Assembly: GCA_947630675.1 (NCBI GenBank)
Contig: CANRIN010000002.1
Location: forward strand, 1,531-65,530
Source of the DNA: an uncultured Clostridia bacterium
Lineage (GTDB): Bacteria; Bacillota; Clostridia; Oscillospirales; JAAYOS01
DNA: 64,000 bases
Direction of reading: 5' to 3'
Shown here: one piece after another, positions 48,962-59,902 of the stretch
How positions within the stretch are numbered: the stretch's first letter is position 1
Layout: every line of letters starts with the position of its first letter
The notes under the pieces: generated by a model
Told to the model about the DNA's origin: nothing
What the model saw: only the letters and a program-made list of their open reading frames with translations
Databases searched by the model: none
Position numbers and translations under genes: made by a program

Positions 48962-49819
48962 TCAGTCCACCTCGAAGAAGTTTTTCACGCAGGAGAGGAT
49001 GCGTCCCTCCGCGCGGCCGAGCATCAGGAACTCGCCGGACTCGGAGAAGACGCGCCAGTCGCCGTCCGGGATGTCCGCGAAGATGTTCGCGCCGCAGCGT
49101 ATCCGCGCCTCGGCCTCCGCCGAGGCGACGAACTCCGGCAGCGTCCGCCAGAGGTAGTCGGTGGGAAGGAGAGGCGTGTCCGGCGTAAGTTCGTCGAGCG
49201 GAACGGCGTTCTCTATAGAGAACGGGCCGGTGCGCACGCGGCGGAGGCTGCTCATCGCGGCCCCGCAGCCGAGCGCGCGCCCGATGTCGTCCACGAGTGT
49301 GCGGATGTAGGTTCCCTTGGAGCAGGAGACCTCCATGCGGTGCTCGCCCGCTTCGCAGCCGAGGTACTTGATGTCGTATATCTCTATCTCGCGGGGCTCG
49401 CGCTCGACCTCCTCGCCCTTGCGGGCGAGCTCGTAGAGCTTCTTTCCGTCCCGCTTGAGTGCGGAGTACATCGGCGGCGTCTGCTTTTGACGGCCTACAA
49501 ATCCGCGTAGCGCCGCTTCGACCTCCTCCGGGGAGGCCGTGACCTCGCGGCGTTCGAGTATAGTTCCGGTCGTGTCCTGCGTGTCTGTACGTATGCCGAG
49601 GATGAAGCCCGCGCGGTAGGTCTTGTCCGCGTCGAGAAGCATGCCGGAGGCGCGGGTCGCGCGCCCGACGAACACCGGCAGGACGCCGGAGGCCATCGGG
49701 TCGAGCGTACCGCCGTGCCCCACGCGCTTTATGCCGAAGGCCCGGCGGACCCGTCCGACTACGCCGCCGCTCGATATGCCCTCAGGCTTGTCGATAACAA
49801 TTATGCCGCTGCGCATCAT
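48962..49819 (-). CDS. truB: tRNA pseudouridine(55) synthase
   Basis: 285 aa. GHGGTLDPMASGVLPV is the catalytic Asp motif. Confidence 0.95.
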   Translation of the reverse strand: MMRSGIIVIDKPEGISSGGVVGRVRRAFGIKRVGHGGTLDPMASGVLPVFVGRATRASGMLLDADKTYRAGFILGIRTDTQDTTGTILERREVTASPEEVEAALRGFVGRQKQTPPMYSALKRDGKKLYELARKGEEVEREPREIEIYDIKYLGCEAGEHRMEVSCSKGTYIRTLVDDIGRALGCGAAMSSLRRVRTGPFSIENAVPLDELTPDTPLLPTDYLWRTLPEFVASAEAEARIRCGANIFADIPDGDWRVFSESGEFLMLGRAEGRILSCVKNFFEVD

Positions 49820-50778
49820 AGCTCACCGAGCTCCTCCGATATCGCGCGGAGCAGCGCCTCGCGCGCGGCCTCGTAGCCCGCGTGTATCGTCGCGCCGGCG
49901 GCGGCGGCGTGTCCGCCTCCCCCGAGGCGCGCGCAGACGGCGGCCGAGTCGACGCCGGGGGCGCTGCGTGCGGAGACCTTCCAGCCGTCCTTCTCCTCGC
50001 GGAGCAGGACGCCGAGCTCGACGCCCTCTATCGTGCGGAGGACGGAGGAGAGGTTGTTCGTATCGTCACGGTCGGCACGGGTGGAGTCAGCGTCCTCAAG
50101 CGAGAAGCGGCTGACGGCGACGGCGCCGTTCCGAAAGAATTCGGTGTGTGCGAGCACCGCGCTCTCCGCCGCGAGCGCGGCGCGGGAGCGCGTCTCAAAA
50201 AACACGCGGTTCACCGAGTAGAAGTCTATGCCGCTCTCAAGGGCGTCCGCCGCCGCGCGGAGCGTGGCGGGGCGCACAGAGGAGTAGCGGAAGCATCCCG
50301 TGTCGGTCGCGAGGCCTAGGTAGGCGGGGAGCGCTATGTCCCGGGTGAGCGGCACGCCGAGCTCCTTTGAGAGCGCGACGATGAGCTCCGCGCACGCGGC
50401 GGCTCCGGCGTCGACGCAGGTCTCCTCCGCGTACAGCGAGTTCGTGCCGTGGTGGTCGATGCAGAGCGCGACGCGCCCGGAGAAGCGTTCGCACATATCG
50501 GCGGTGAGCAGATGCTCGTCCGCGGCGTCTACGGCGCAGACAAATCCCGGCTCGTAGTCCTCCGGCGGGAGGTAGTCGAGGGTGAAGGGTCGGAGCTTCG
50601 GTGTGATGTCGCTGTTCGGGCAGAGATACGCCGCCTTCCCGAGGCGGCGGAGCAGAGCGCAGAGCGCCGCGCCGGAGCCTATAGTGTCGCCGTCCGGACG
50701 TCCGTGGGTGAGGATGAGGATGTCGTCCGCGGAGCGGAGGCGCTCCGCGCACTCCGCGAGTGTTACCGTCTTACTCAT
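49816..50778 (-). CDS. nrnA: DHH-family phosphoesterase (NrnA-like oligoribonuclease / pAp phosphatase)
   Basis: ATG 50778 after GAGGTGGG. Motifs HGRPDGDTIGS, DHH and GGGH. Lies in the conserved rbfA-truB position. Confidence 0.8.
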   Translation of the reverse strand: MSKTVTLAECAERLRSADDILILTHGRPDGDTIGSGAALCALLRRLGKAAYLCPNSDITPKLRPFTLDYLPPEDYEPGFVCAVDAADEHLLTADMCERFSGRVALCIDHHGTNSLYAEETCVDAGAAACAELIVALSKELGVPLTRDIALPAYLGLATDTGCFRYSSVRPATLRAAADALESGIDFYSVNRVFFETRSRAALAAESAVLAHTEFFRNGAVAVSRFSLEDADSTRADRDDTNNLSSVLRTIEGVELGVLLREEKDGWKVSARSAPGVDSAAVCARLGGGGHAAAAGATIHAGYEAAREALLRAISEELGEL

Positions 50779-51154
50779 CGTCGCCCACCTCATCGGGAGA
50801 GGGCTCTGCGTCCTCCGGGGCGGACGGCTCTATCGAGCGCATGAGCTCGAGGAGGTGCGTACCGCGCTCTATCGACTCGTCGTATTTGAAGAACAGCTCG
50901 GGCGTGTTGCGGAGCTGGAGCCGGTGCGCGAGCTCCCGGCGGATGAAGCCGGAGGCGGAGCGGAAGCCACGGGCAGTCTCCTTTTTGTCGCCGCCGAGGA
51001 CGCTGAAGTACACCGTCGCCTTCGAAAGGTCGGCGGCGGCGTCGACGCGGGTGATGCTCACAAGTCCGCCGGAGAGGCGGGGGTCTTTAAGGGAGGGGAG
51101 CAGGCGCGCAAGCTCGGCGCGCATCTCTTCGTTTATCCTGTCTATTCGTGCCAT
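50771..51154 (-). CDS. rbfA: 30S ribosome-binding factor RbfA
   Basis: 127 aa. RINEEMRAELARLL...VSITRVD...DLS.A.VY are RbfA signatures. Confidence 0.93.
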   Translation of the reverse strand: MARIDRINEEMRAELARLLPSLKDPRLSGGLVSITRVDAAADLSKATVYFSVLGGDKKETARGFRSASGFIRRELAHRLQLRNTPELFFKYDESIERGTHLLELMRSIEPSAPEDAEPSPDEVGDDE

Positions 51155-51247
51155 AGATGTCCTCCTGAGTTTTCGGAAGGCCGCGCGGAGAGCTCCGGCG
51201 GTTTCCGGATAAAACGGCGGGCGGCCGCAGCCGTCCGCCGGGTGAAA

Positions 51248-53689
51248 CTATCTTTCCACTTCGACCATGCGGAAGGACTCGATGATGTCGCCCTCCTTGA
51301 TGTCGGTGAAGTTCTCGATGCTGATGCCGCACTCGTACCCGCTCGCGACCTCACGCACATCGTCCTTGAAGCGCTTGAGGGAGGCCATCGGTCCCTCGTG
51401 GACGACGATGCCGTCGCGGACTATCCGGAGCGTCGTGCCGCGGACTATCCTGCCGTCGAGGACGTAGCTGCCGGCGACCGTGCCGATGTTCGAGGCGCGG
51501 AAGACCTGGCGGACCTCCGCACGGCCGAGTTCCTCGACGCGGTACTTCGGGGCGAGGAGTCCCTTCATGGCCGCCTCTATCTCGTCGAGGCATTCGTAGA
51601 TGACGCGGTACAGGCGGATATCGACGCCGCTGCGCTTGGCGTTGTCTGCCGCGGTCGGGTCGGGACGGACGTTGAAGCCTACGATTATCGCGCCCGCAGT
51701 CGAGGCGAGGAGCACGTCGCTCTCGTTTATCGCGCCGACGCCGGTGTGGATCATGTTGACGCGCACCTCGTCGTTTGAGAGCTTTTCGAGCGACGCCTTC
51801 AGAGCCTCGGCGGAGCCCTGAACGTCCGCCTTGACGATGATGTTGAGATCCTTGACCTCGCCCTGCTTTATCTGCTCAAACAGGTCGTCGAGCGAGACCT
51901 TCTGGGCGGGGCGGTTCGCCTCGGCCTTGGCGGCCTCTATGCGTTCGGCGGCAAGCTCGCGAGCCATCCTCTCGTCCTCGACGGCGTGGAAGCTGTCGCC
52001 CGCCGCCGGGACCTCCGCGAGACCCGCGACCTCCACGGGGGTAGAGGGTCCGGCCTCGGTGAGGCGCTTGCCTCGGTGGTCGGTCATGACGCGGACGCGT
52101 CCCACCGCCGTGCCGGCGATGATGATGTCGCCCTGGCGGAGGGTGCCGTTCTGCACGAGCAGCGTCGCCACCGGGCCGCGTCCCTTATCGAGCCGGGCTT
52201 CGATGACCGAGCCCTGCGCACGGCGCTTCGGGTTGGCCTTGAGCTCGCGCATCTCGGCGGTGAGAAGCAGCATCTCGAGAAGGTTGTCTATGCCCTCGCC
52301 GGTGACGGCGGAGACCTTGCAGACTATCGTGTCGCCGCCCCAGTCCTCCGGGACGAGCTCGTATTCGGTGAGCTGCTGCATGACGCGGTCGGGATTTGCG
52401 TCCGGCTTATCCATCTTGTTTATCGCGACGATTATCGGGATGTTCGCGGCCTTGGCGTGGTTTATAGCCTCGATGGTCTGAGGCATGATGCCGTCGTCCG
52501 CCGCGACGACGAGTATAGCTATGTCGGTCGTATTCGCGCCGCGCATACGCATCGAGGTGAAGGCGGCGTGGCCGGGCGTGTCTAGGAAGGTTATGCGGTT
52601 GCCGTTCCAGTCGACGGTGTAGGCGCCGATGTGCTGGGTGATGCCGCCTGCTTCTCCCGCGGTGACGTGCGTCTTCCTGATGAAGTCGAGCAGGGAGGTC
52701 TTGCCGTGGTCGACGTGACCCATGACGACAACGACCGGGCTGCGCGGCTCGAGATCCTCCGGCGCATCCTCGCTCGCGTCTATGAGCCGTTCCTCTATCG
52801 TGACGTGGACCTCGTGCTCGACCTTCGCGCCGAACTCCATCGCGACGAGCGACGCGGTGTCGAAATCTATCGTCTCACTGAGCGACGCCATGACGCCGAG
52901 GCGCATGAGCGTTCCGACGACCTGCGCGCCGGTCTTCTTGAGGCGCGAGGCAAGCTCGCCGACGGATATCTCGTCCGGGATGCTGACCTTGAGCTGCACC
53001 TGCTTGCTGCGAGCGGCAGCGAGGCGGCGCATCTTCTCCTGCTCCTCCGCGCGGCGCTTCGCGCCGCCCATGACCTGACGGCGGTTGTCCGCCGACTTCT
53101 GCTTTATCTTCTCCTTGCCGCCGGTCGAGCTCATGCGCTGGGCGCGGTCGGTGACGAGCTTATCTACACGGTCGTCGTACTTGGAGAGGTCGACCGCTCC
53201 GCCGCCGCGCGTGTCGACGACGCGCACCTCGCGCTTCGGCTTCGGAGTGTGCTGCTTCGGCTCCGCGGGCTTCTGTTCCGCCGGCTTCTGCTCGGTCTGT
53301 TTTTCCGGCTGCTTCGGCTTCTCCTGCTTTGCCTTCTCCTGCTGAGGCTTCTGCTTCGGCTTTTCGGCAGAGGGCGCCGCCTCGGCGGTTTTTTCCGCAG
53401 CGGGAGCTTCGGCAGCCGCCGGAGCGGGCTTTGCCGCTTCCGCCGCTGCGGCCTCGGCGGCGACGGCCGCCGCCTCCTCGCGCTTGCGCTTGAAGTACGC
53501 CTCCATATCCTCGACCGCGTTCTGCTGCGTAAGGCTCTCGAAGATAAGATTGAGCTCGCTGTCTTCGAGCACCTGCATGTGGTTCTTGGGCGTCGTCGCG
53601 TATTTGGTGAGGATGTTCATGATATCCTTGGAGGCAAGACCGAAATCCTTCGCTACCTCGTGGACTCTGTATTTAAGTATGGTGCTCAA
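51248..53689 (-). CDS. infB: translation initiation factor IF-2
   Basis: G-domain motifs [17 protein letters not shown] and NKMD. Low-complexity Ala/Glu/Lys/Pro N-terminal region. TTG 53689 has GGAGGTGG 8 nt upstream; the GTG at 53701 used by the ORF track has no spacer. Confidence 0.93.
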   Translation of the reverse strand: MSTILKYRVHEVAKDFGLASKDIMNILTKYATTPKNHMQVLEDSELNLIFESLTQQNAVEDMEAYFKRKREEAAAVAAEAAAAEAAKPAPAAAEAPAAEKTAEAAPSAEKPKQKPQQEKAKQEKPKQPEKQTEQKPAEQKPAEPKQHTPKPKREVRVVDTRGGGAVDLSKYDDRVDKLVTDRAQRMSSTGGKEKIKQKSADNRRQVMGGAKRRAEEQEKMRRLAAARSKQVQLKVSIPDEISVGELASRLKKTGAQVVGTLMRLGVMASLSETIDFDTASLVAMEFGAKVEHEVHVTIEERLIDASEDAPEDLEPRSPVVVVMGHVDHGKTSLLDFIRKTHVTAGEAGGITQHIGAYTVDWNGNRITFLDTPGHAAFTSMRMRGANTTDIAILVVAADDGIMPQTIEAINHAKAANIPIIVAINKMDKPDANPDRVMQQLTEYELVPEDWGGDTIVCKVSAVTGEGIDNLLEMLLLTAEMRELKANPKRRAQGSVIEARLDKGRGPVATLLVQNGTLRQGDIIIAGTAVGRVRVMTDHRGKRLTEAGPSTPVEVAGLAEVPAAGDSFHAVEDERMARELAAERIEAAKAEANRPAQKVSLDDLFEQIKQGEVKDLNIIVKADVQGSAEALKASLEKLSNDEVRVNMIHTGVGAINESDVLLASTAGAIIVGFNVRPDPTAADNAKRSGVDIRLYRVIYECLDEIEAAMKGLLAPKYRVEELGRAEVRQVFRASNIGTVAGSYVLDGRIVRGTTLRIVRDGIVVHEGPMASLKRFKDDVREVASGYECGISIENFTDIKEGDIIESFRMVEVER

Positions 53690-54020
53690 TAGAGTTGCCA
53701 CCTCCGTTTGAAATGCTTTGTGCTATCGCTTTGGAAAAGCCGGGGTCAGCCGTCGCCGCCGCCGCACATTCCGCGCGGCCGAGCGCCGCGCCGAGCTCCG
53801 CCTTGGTGCAGGGCAGGGCGGCGCAGGGAACGCCGTTCATCTCCGCCGCCATGCGGACTCGCTTTGCGGCGTGCGGGCTGATGTCGCTTGCGGTCACTAC
53901 TAGCCGCGCCCTGCCGGACGCGGCGAGCGCCGCCGCATTATCCGCGCCGACCTCGAGCCGTCCGCTCCGCAGAGCGAGGCCGAGGAGGCGCAGAGCCTTC
54001 CCATCATTCACTGCTCTCAC
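53673..54020 (-). CDS. ylxQ: L7Ae/L30e-family RNA-binding protein YlxQ
   Basis: [17 protein letters not shown]...LVVTASDIS pattern. Conserved position between ylxR and infB. The start (GTG 54020 or 54011) is uncertain. Confidence 0.75.
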   Translation of the reverse strand: MRAVNDGKALRLLGLALRSGRLEVGADNAAALAASGRARLVVTASDISPHAAKRVRMAAEMNGVPCAALPCTKAELGAALGRAECAAAATADPGFSKAIAQSISNGGGNSIEHHT

Positions 54021-54270
54021 CCCTTTGACGAATGAGCTCCTCGTATACCTCCGGGGGTATCTGGCTTGAAAACGCCCGCTCGAGCGCGCGGCTCTTCTGC
54101 GCGCGGCGGAGGCAGTTCCCCTCGCGGCAGACGTATGCGCCGCGCCCGGGCTTTTTCCCCGTGGGGTCGAGACTTATCGTGCCGTCCGGGCCGCGCACCA
54201 CGCGAATGAGCTCCTGCTTCGGCTTCATCTCGCGGCAGCCGACGCACTGTCTCTGCGGTACCTTTTTCAC
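54004..54270 (-). CDS. ylxR: YlxR/RnpM family RNA-binding protein (DUF448)
   Basis: 88 aa. QRQCVGCREMKPKQELIRVV...GRGAYVC signature. GTG start after GGAGGG. Confidence 0.9.
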   Translation of the reverse strand: MKKVPQRQCVGCREMKPKQELIRVVRGPDGTISLDPTGKKPGRGAYVCREGNCLRRAQKSRALERAFSSQIPPEVYEELIRQRGESSE

Positions 54271-54329
54271 TGCTTCCCTCCGCTTATCAGATAGTTGTGC
54301 TTGAGATCTGCTTTATGTTGGATAGAATA

Positions 54330-55385
54330 TCACACCGGCTTGATGTCTATCTTAAAGCCGGTCAGCCGCGCGACGAGGCGGGCGTTCTGCCCCTCCTTGC
54401 CTATTGCGAGCGAGAGCTGGTCCGCCGGGACGAGGACCTGACAGCTCTTCCCGTCCTCGAGCAGCTCGACCGACACGACCTCCGCCGGGCTGAGCGCCGC
54501 CGCGACGTAGAGGTCGGGCGACTCACTGTACTTTATGATGTCTATCTTCTCACCCGCGAGCTCGTCGACTATCCGCTCGACGCGAGCGCCCCTCGGGCCG
54601 ACGCAGGAGCCTATCGGGTCGACGTTCGGGTCGTTTGCCGCGACGGCTATCTTCGTGCGGCTGCCCGCCTCGCGGGCGATGCTCTTTATCTCGACCGTGC
54701 CGTCGTGTATCTCCGGCACCTCGAGCTCGAAGAGGCGTTTGACAAGGCCCGGGTGCGTTCTCGAGACCATGACCTGCGGGCCGCGCGAGGTGCTGCGCGC
54801 CTCGACGACGTAGACCTTTATGCGGTCGCCCTCGTGGATCTCCTCGCCCTGTATCTGCTCGGTGGGGGGCAGGACGGCGTCGACAGCTCCGTCCTTCGTA
54901 GCACCGATGTCGAGGAAGGCGTTGCCGTTACGCGGATTTATCCGCTGGACGGTGCCGGTGACGAGCTCGTGCAGGCGGCTCTCGTACTCACGGAGGACCA
55001 TGCCGCGCTCCGCCTCGCGTATGCCCTGGATGATGACCTGCTTTGCGGTCTGGGCGGCGATGCGGCCGAGCTTCGACACGTCGATGTACTTGCGGACGAC
55101 GCCGCCGACCTCGGCCTCCGGGTCGATGACGCGCGCCTCGTCGAGGGTGAGCTGCGCGTCCGGCTCGTCGAGGTCCTCGATATTCTCGACGACGCCGTAG
55201 GTGACGTACATCGTGATCGTTTTGGTTTCCGGGTCGGGTATGACGGTGACGTTCTCGCCGTCGACGCCGGCGGAGCGGCGGTACGCGGCGGTGAGCGCCT
55301 GCGCGATGCGGTCGAGCATGTAATCCTGCGGGATCCCCTTTTCACGCTCTATGTCGGCTATCGCGTCAAAAAATTCCGTGTTCAT
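54330..55385 (-). CDS. nusA: transcription termination/antitermination factor NusA
   Basis: 351 aa with an N-terminal domain, an S1 domain and two KH domains ([17 protein letters not shown]). Confidence 0.96.
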   Translation of the reverse strand: MNTEFFDAIADIEREKGIPQDYMLDRIAQALTAAYRRSAGVDGENVTVIPDPETKTITMYVTYGVVENIEDLDEPDAQLTLDEARVIDPEAEVGGVVRKYIDVSKLGRIAAQTAKQVIIQGIREAERGMVLREYESRLHELVTGTVQRINPRNGNAFLDIGATKDGAVDAVLPPTEQIQGEEIHEGDRIKVYVVEARSTSRGPQVMVSRTHPGLVKRLFELEVPEIHDGTVEIKSIAREAGSRTKIAVAANDPNVDPIGSCVGPRGARVERIVDELAGEKIDIIKYSESPDLYVAAALSPAEVVSVELLEDGKSCQVLVPADQLSLAIGKEGQNARLVARLTGFKIDIKPV

Positions 55386-55387
55386 TT

Positions 55388-55882
55388 TCAGAGTTCCCCC
55401 TTAAAATATACTGAGAAATCCGGGCTGAGGCGTACTCGTGACACCTCGCCGAGGGTGAAATTCAAAGTCTCGCCGCTTTCCTCCTCTTCAAGGGAGAAGC
55501 AGCCGCGCTCCCCGTCGAAGCCGGAGAGTATGCCGAAGAAGGTCTTTTTCCCGTCGCGCGGCTCGTAGGTCTTTACCTCCGTGCGCTCGCCGAGGCAGAA
55601 TAGAAAGTGCTCCGGGCGTTCGAGCTTCCGCTCCATGCCGGGAGTGGAGACCTCGAGCGAATACGCGCCGTCGATAAGGTCGGGCTCGCCGTCAAGAAGC
55701 GCCTCGAGCGCGCGGCTGAGCGCTTCGCAGTCGTCGATGTTCGCGCCGTCGTCGCTGTCGACGAAGACGCTGAGGGTGTTCGTTCCGCCCAGCTTCTCGA
55801 ACCTCACGTCCCAGAGCATCAGGCCGCGCTCCTCGCAAAGCGGGGCGGCGAGCGCGCGGACGGCGTCGGTCACTTTACCCAT
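55388..55882 (-). CDS. rimP: ribosome maturation factor RimP
   Basis: ATG 55882 after GGGAGGAA. LEVSTPGMERKL motif. Confidence 0.9.
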   Translation of the reverse strand: MGKVTDAVRALAAPLCEERGLMLWDVRFEKLGGTNTLSVFVDSDDGANIDDCEALSRALEALLDGEPDLIDGAYSLEVSTPGMERKLERPEHFLFCLGERTEVKTYEPRDGKKTFFGILSGFDGERGCFSLEEEESGETLNFTLGEVSRVRLSPDFSVYFKGEL

Positions 55883-55981
55883 GGTTCCTCCCAAAGCAGC
55901 TTTTTCCGTTCGGTCAATAAGAAAGAGTGGGAAAACCCACTCCGTGACCGTGAAATGATATACTAACGATGAACTAAGATG

Positions 55982-56010
55982 ATTATAGCACCGCCGAGAA
56001 ATTTTGGCAA
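55982..56010 (-). promoter_or_regulatory. sigma-A promoter of the rimP-nusA-infB operon
   Basis: Minus strand reads TTGCCA (56010..56005), 17-nt spacer, TATAAT (55987..55982). Confidence 0.7.
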
Positions 56011-56053
56011 GTCTTTTTTTGCAAAAAGTTTCCGGGGAAAGCGGGAAATCGGA

Positions 56054-56099
56054 CGAAAAAGGAAATGAGGGGCGGGCACTGTCCGCGCGCCGCCCCTCA
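56054..56099 (-). terminator. intrinsic terminator after spoVT
   Basis: Minus strand reads TGAGGGGCGG...CCGCCCCTCA followed by TTTCCTTTTTCG. Confidence 0.75.
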
Positions 56100-56107
56100 C
56101 GGGAGCC

Positions 56108-56647
56108 TCAGCTCTCCATCTGGCGGCCGAGAAAGCCCGCGACCGTCTGGGCAAGCTTGTACTCGGTGTCGCCCATCGGCTCGCCGCCCTCGCCCGCGAG
56201 GAACACGACGCATCCGCTGACGTCGCCCTCTGCGAGTATCGGCGCCGCCACCTCGACGACGGGGCCGCTGCCCTCGACGAGCGTGACTTCGCTCGTCCCC
56301 TGGCGGCGGCTGTAAAGCTGGCGCGCCTCCATCAGTCCCTCAAGCTCCTCGCTTATCCGCTTTTCATAGACCTCGCGGCGGCAGTCGCCCGCGGCGGCAA
56401 TGACGGTGTCGCGGTCGCAGACGGCGCAGGACGCGCCGGTCGTCTTCGCAAGTGTTTCGCAGAGCTGAGCCGCGAACGAGTTGAGCTCGCCCATGGGCGA
56501 ATACTTCTTGAAGATGACTTCGCCGTCCTTATCGGTGTATATTTCAAGCGAGTCGCCCTCGCGGATGCGCATCGTCCTGCGTATCTCCTTGGGTATGACG
56601 ACTCTGCCGAGGTCATCGATCCGCCGGACTATGCCGGTTGCTTTCAT
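56108..56647 (-). CDS. spoVT: stage V sporulation regulator SpoVT (AbrB-family N-terminal domain plus GAF-like C-terminal domain)
   Basis: Internal ATG after AAAGGAGG gives 179 aa. MKATGIVRRIDDLGRVVIPKEIRRTMRIREGD is the SpoVT/AbrB swapped-hairpin motif. Confidence 0.92.
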   Translation of the reverse strand: MKATGIVRRIDDLGRVVIPKEIRRTMRIREGDSLEIYTDKDGEVIFKKYSPMGELNSFAAQLCETLAKTTGASCAVCDRDTVIAAAGDCRREVYEKRISEELEGLMEARQLYSRRQGTSEVTLVEGSGPVVEVAAPILAEGDVSGCVVFLAGEGGEPMGDTEYKLAQTVAGFLGRQMES

Positions 56648-56814
56648 AAAAATTCCTCCTTTACTGCGGTCGAATATAGTATCCACAGTAATTATCGTCA
56701 TATTCCCCTGTAAAAAAGGGATTTTCAGGAGAAGCGCGCCGGCACGCTTGCCTGAAGCGGCAAAGTGTGCTATTATACGACAAAGGGGCATTACCCGGAA
56801 AGGAGCGGTACAAA

Positions 56815-57360
56815 ATGAATAAGGCAATCGATTTTACGTTCGACACGGCGTCCGAGCAGGGGCTGGTGCTCAGCGAAGAGGTAAAGAAGGCGAAGACGAC
56901 CTTCCTTATTTTCCTGCGCTACTACGGATGCACGAGCTGCCAGGTCGACCTGATGGACCTCGCAAAGGAGTACGGCAAATTCACGGCTGAGGACGCGCAG
57001 ATACTCGTCGTCCTCCAGAGCAAGCCGGAGATACTCGCGAAGGGTATCGACGCGCAGGGCATCCCGTTCAAGCTGATAAGCGACCCCGAGCAGAAGCTGT
57101 ATCCCCTCTATAATGTGAAGGCCGCCGACGGATACGAGGGTATGCGCGACGGCATGACCGAGGAGATGCAGGCGAAGTTCGCGGCAAAGATGGAGCGCGG
57201 CAAGGCCGCGGGCCTCGCCCACGGCGAGTATGAGGGCAACGAGTTCCAGCTTCCGGCGTACTTTGTCATCGACTCGGACATGAACATCCTCACGGAGCAC
57301 CGCGCGAAGAACATGGCGGATATGCCGATAGGCGCGGAGTACCTTGAGCTGCTGAAGTAA
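56815..57360 (+). CDS. peroxiredoxin-like (AhpC/TSA / redoxin family) protein
   Basis: ATG 56815 after GGAAAGGAG. FLRYYGCTSCQ thioredoxin-fold CxxC region. Confidence 0.7.
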   Translation: MNKAIDFTFDTASEQGLVLSEEVKKAKTTFLIFLRYYGCTSCQVDLMDLAKEYGKFTAEDAQILVVLQSKPEILAKGIDAQGIPFKLISDPEQKLYPLYNVKAADGYEGMRDGMTEEMQAKFAAKMERGKAAGLAHGEYEGNEFQLPAYFVIDSDMNILTEHRAKNMADMPIGAEYLELLK

Positions 57361-57524
57361 GCGGCCGGTGTGCGGAAAAATACGGCAAAAACGGGACGGC
57401 AGTGAGCCGTCCCGTTTCTTTGTCCGGAAGCCTGCCGCGCAGCCCGCGGCGTGAGCGCGGAAGTATGTGAAGGGAAAGGTGCCCCGCGCCTGCCGGCCGG
57501 TGATGACATGTGACGCGCTGTCCG

Positions 57525-59528
57525 TCAGGCGTTCTCCCGCCGGATGACGGCAGGGGAGCCGTCCGCGGGAATGGGAACGCTCTTGCCGGCAAAGCGGAGA
57601 GTGCCGCCGGGGCGCGTCGCCGAGGCGGACGCCTCGCCGGACTCCGCATCGAAGCGGACATGCACCTCGCCCTCGGGAAGCGGCACCGTCGCGTCGAAGC
57701 GGCGGTACATCCCGGGCTGCGGGGCGACGTCGAAGCTTGCGTAGCCGGCGTCCGTCGGGGCGACGCCCGCGACGTAGCGCCCGAGCAGGTATATCGGACC
57801 GCTGCCCCACGCGTGGCAGAGGCTCCTGCCGTAGGGGTCGCCGTACATGGCGTAGTGCTCCGCGCCCTGCTCGCGCGGGTCGAACTGCTCCCATATCGAC
57901 GTCGCGCCGAGCTCGAGCATCGGGTACCAGTAGTCGAGTATCATCCTCTGCGCGGAGACGACGTCCCCGAGGCGGCAGAGAGCCATGAGCTCGAAAAATT
58001 TGAAGTAGGGGGTGGTTATGGCGTCCACCGAGTCGTTGCGGAGCACGCGTTCCGCTATCGTCTCCGCCTTTTCGGGAGCGAAATCGTAGAGCACGGCGAA
58101 AATGTTCGCGTGGCGGGTGACATGCCGCCGTCCGGACACGAAACCGTCAATATACGCGCCCTGACCTTCGTCCCAGAAGCGCTCGTCGATGAGGGAGTGC
58201 AGCACCTCGGCCTCGCCCGCACGGACAGGAGAGGGACGTCCGGCGAGCGCCGAGAGCTTCTCCATTACGTCCATCGTCTTCCAGAGAAGTATCTGCTCCG
58301 CGCACTGCGGACCTTCGGAGTCGAAGGCGGCCCAGTCGATGAATATCCAGTCGCCGGGGCGGGAACAGACGAGCCCGTCCTCGTCGAGGCGGCCGTGAAG
58401 GAAGGAGTAAAGCGCCTCAGCGCGGTCGTAGACCTCGCGCACGAAGCCGCTGTCCCCGGTCGAGTACCAGTAGTCGTATATCGAGATGAGAAGGTACATC
58501 GTGTAGTCGTTTATGGTGTTGATATGCTGGAGGTAGGGCGGCTTGCCGAGGAGGGCGCGTATGGTGCGCTTCGTTATCTCCGGGTCGAAGTAGAGGTAGT
58601 TGTTTATCATGTAGGACTGGTACGCATCGCCGGACCAGACCCAGCGGTCGCGCTTGATGCCGTCCAGATAAAACTCGCGGCTGTTCAGGTGGAAGGTGTG
58701 ACGGCAGACGTCGAAGACGCGCTTCACCTCAGGCAGGTCGCAGTCGAAGGAGGCGCGGTCGGTGAGCGGCAGGTACTCATGGTCGAGCCGCACATGCTTT
58801 TCGCCGCCGGATATCCACGCGTAGCGGAGCGCGAAGGAGGGGAATGAGTAGCAGTCGGAGCCGTTCACCTCCTCGCGGAAGACGGCGCGGTCGTCGAGCG
58901 CTTCCGCCTCGCTCTCGCCGAGCCGGACGATGAGCGCGTCGGAGGGCAGGCAGCCCTCTATTTGCAGCGCGCCGAAGGTCTCCTCGCCGAAGTCGTAGAG
59001 ATACCCGTCGCCATCGGCGCGGCGGGTGACCGGCTCGAGGAGCCTGTGCGCGAAGGGGAAGACCTCCGGGTCGTCCGAGGCGGATTCATAGGCGGGGGTA
59101 CACGCCGCATTCGGGAATTCCATCCTGCCGCTTATGTCGCGGATAGCGTGGCTCGCGTGCCAGGTCTCGTCGGTGGAGAGAGCGCCGCAGTCGATGAATA
59201 TCGAGGGGAGCCCGCCGGGCTTCATGAGCTGGACGGTGACGTTGTACTCGCCCACGGGCAGAGTCAGCGGTGAGCCGGTGGCGGCGCGGTACTGAGTCGC
59301 ATGACGGAACTCGCCGCTCACTGCCTCCACCGAGCCGGGGGCGGTCGCATAGGCGGTGAAGGTGGTCTCCTCCGCAAGGGAGACATGCTTTGAAAACGCG
59401 ATGTTCGGGTAGGGCTGCGCGAGGTCCCATACGCAGGGGAGATGCACGCCGCGCTCGTAGCGCCGGGTGTGAAGCTTCAGGCTGTGATATATCTCGTAGT
59501 CGCCGGGGTACCATATCCATTTTGCCAT
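57525..59528 (-). CDS. six-hairpin glycoside hydrolase, alpha-L-rhamnosidase (GH78)-like
   Basis: 667 aa. N-terminus MAKWIWYPGDYE. The later blocks DGIKRDRWVWSGD and SLCHAWGSGP resemble the GH78 catalytic (alpha/alpha)6 domain. The family is recalled from memory, not searched. Confidence 0.55.
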   Translation of the reverse strand: MAKWIWYPGDYEIYHSLKLHTRRYERGVHLPCVWDLAQPYPNIAFSKHVSLAEETTFTAYATAPGSVEAVSGEFRHATQYRAATGSPLTLPVGEYNVTVQLMKPGGLPSIFIDCGALSTDETWHASHAIRDISGRMEFPNAACTPAYESASDDPEVFPFAHRLLEPVTRRADGDGYLYDFGEETFGALQIEGCLPSDALIVRLGESEAEALDDRAVFREEVNGSDCYSFPSFALRYAWISGGEKHVRLDHEYLPLTDRASFDCDLPEVKRVFDVCRHTFHLNSREFYLDGIKRDRWVWSGDAYQSYMINNYLYFDPEITKRTIRALLGKPPYLQHINTINDYTMYLLISIYDYWYSTGDSGFVREVYDRAEALYSFLHGRLDEDGLVCSRPGDWIFIDWAAFDSEGPQCAEQILLWKTMDVMEKLSALAGRPSPVRAGEAEVLHSLIDERFWDEGQGAYIDGFVSGRRHVTRHANIFAVLYDFAPEKAETIAERVLRNDSVDAITTPYFKFFELMALCRLGDVVSAQRMILDYWYPMLELGATSIWEQFDPREQGAEHYAMYGDPYGRSLCHAWGSGPIYLLGRYVAGVAPTDAGYASFDVAPQPGMYRRFDATVPLPEGEVHVRFDAESGEASASATRPGGTLRFAGKSVPIPADGSPAVIRRENA

Positions 59529-59661
59529 GATGTCTGCTCTCTTCCGGATATCGGCCGCGGGAGAATGTCCGCGCCGGAATATTAATTATATGTAGATTAT
59601 AGCATGCGGATGGGGAAAGGACAAGAAAGACACGGCGTCCGAAATAATTTGATTTTTGCTC

Positions 59662-59690
59662 TTGACAAAGCAGAAGCGCGGTGGTAATAT
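59662..59690 (+). promoter_or_regulatory. sigma-A promoter of the metY leader
   Basis: TTGACA (59662..59667), 17-nt spacer, TAATAT (59685..59690). Confidence 0.65.
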
Positions 59691-59736
59691 TTAACCAACC
59701 TGTTTGGTAGGTAATTTGAGACGGGAGGTGCGGAGC

Positions 59737-59844
59737 ATGCCGGCGGCTATCCGGGGTTTTGCAAGGGCGGATATGCGAATGCGGATACGGATGTGCTCCT
59801 GCCGCGCCGTGCGGCGGCTCCCTTGCGCCTGCTGTCCTTTTTAG
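59737..59844 (+). CDS. candidate Cys/Met-rich leader peptide (35 aa)
   Basis: GGGAGG lies 7 nt upstream. Translation is MPAAIRGFARADMRMRIRMCSCRAVRRLPCACCPF, with 5 Cys and 3 internal Met. A terminator follows 24 nt after the stop. The Arg-rich composition means it could be a chance GC-rich ORF. Confidence 0.35.
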   Translation: MPAAIRGFARADMRMRIRMCSCRAVRRLPCACCPF

Positions 59845-59867
59845 GGTATGATTTTTGTGCAGCGGTA

Positions 59868-59902
59868 CCGGGAGACTTTTGCGGGTCTCCCGGATCTATT
59901 TT
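59868..59902 (+). terminator. intrinsic terminator inside the metY 5' leader (attenuator)
   Basis: CCGGGAGAC-TTTTGCGG-GTCTCCCGG followed by ATCTATTTT. It lies between the promoter and the metY start. Confidence 0.7.

Noticed and set aside
59855-59880. GCGGTACCGGG in the metY leader resembling the T-box core GGTGGTACCGCG
   Set aside because: The UGG that pairs with the tRNA acceptor end is changed to CGG. The motif is itself the 5' arm of the terminator rather than an antiterminator strand, and no stem I or specifier architecture is visible.
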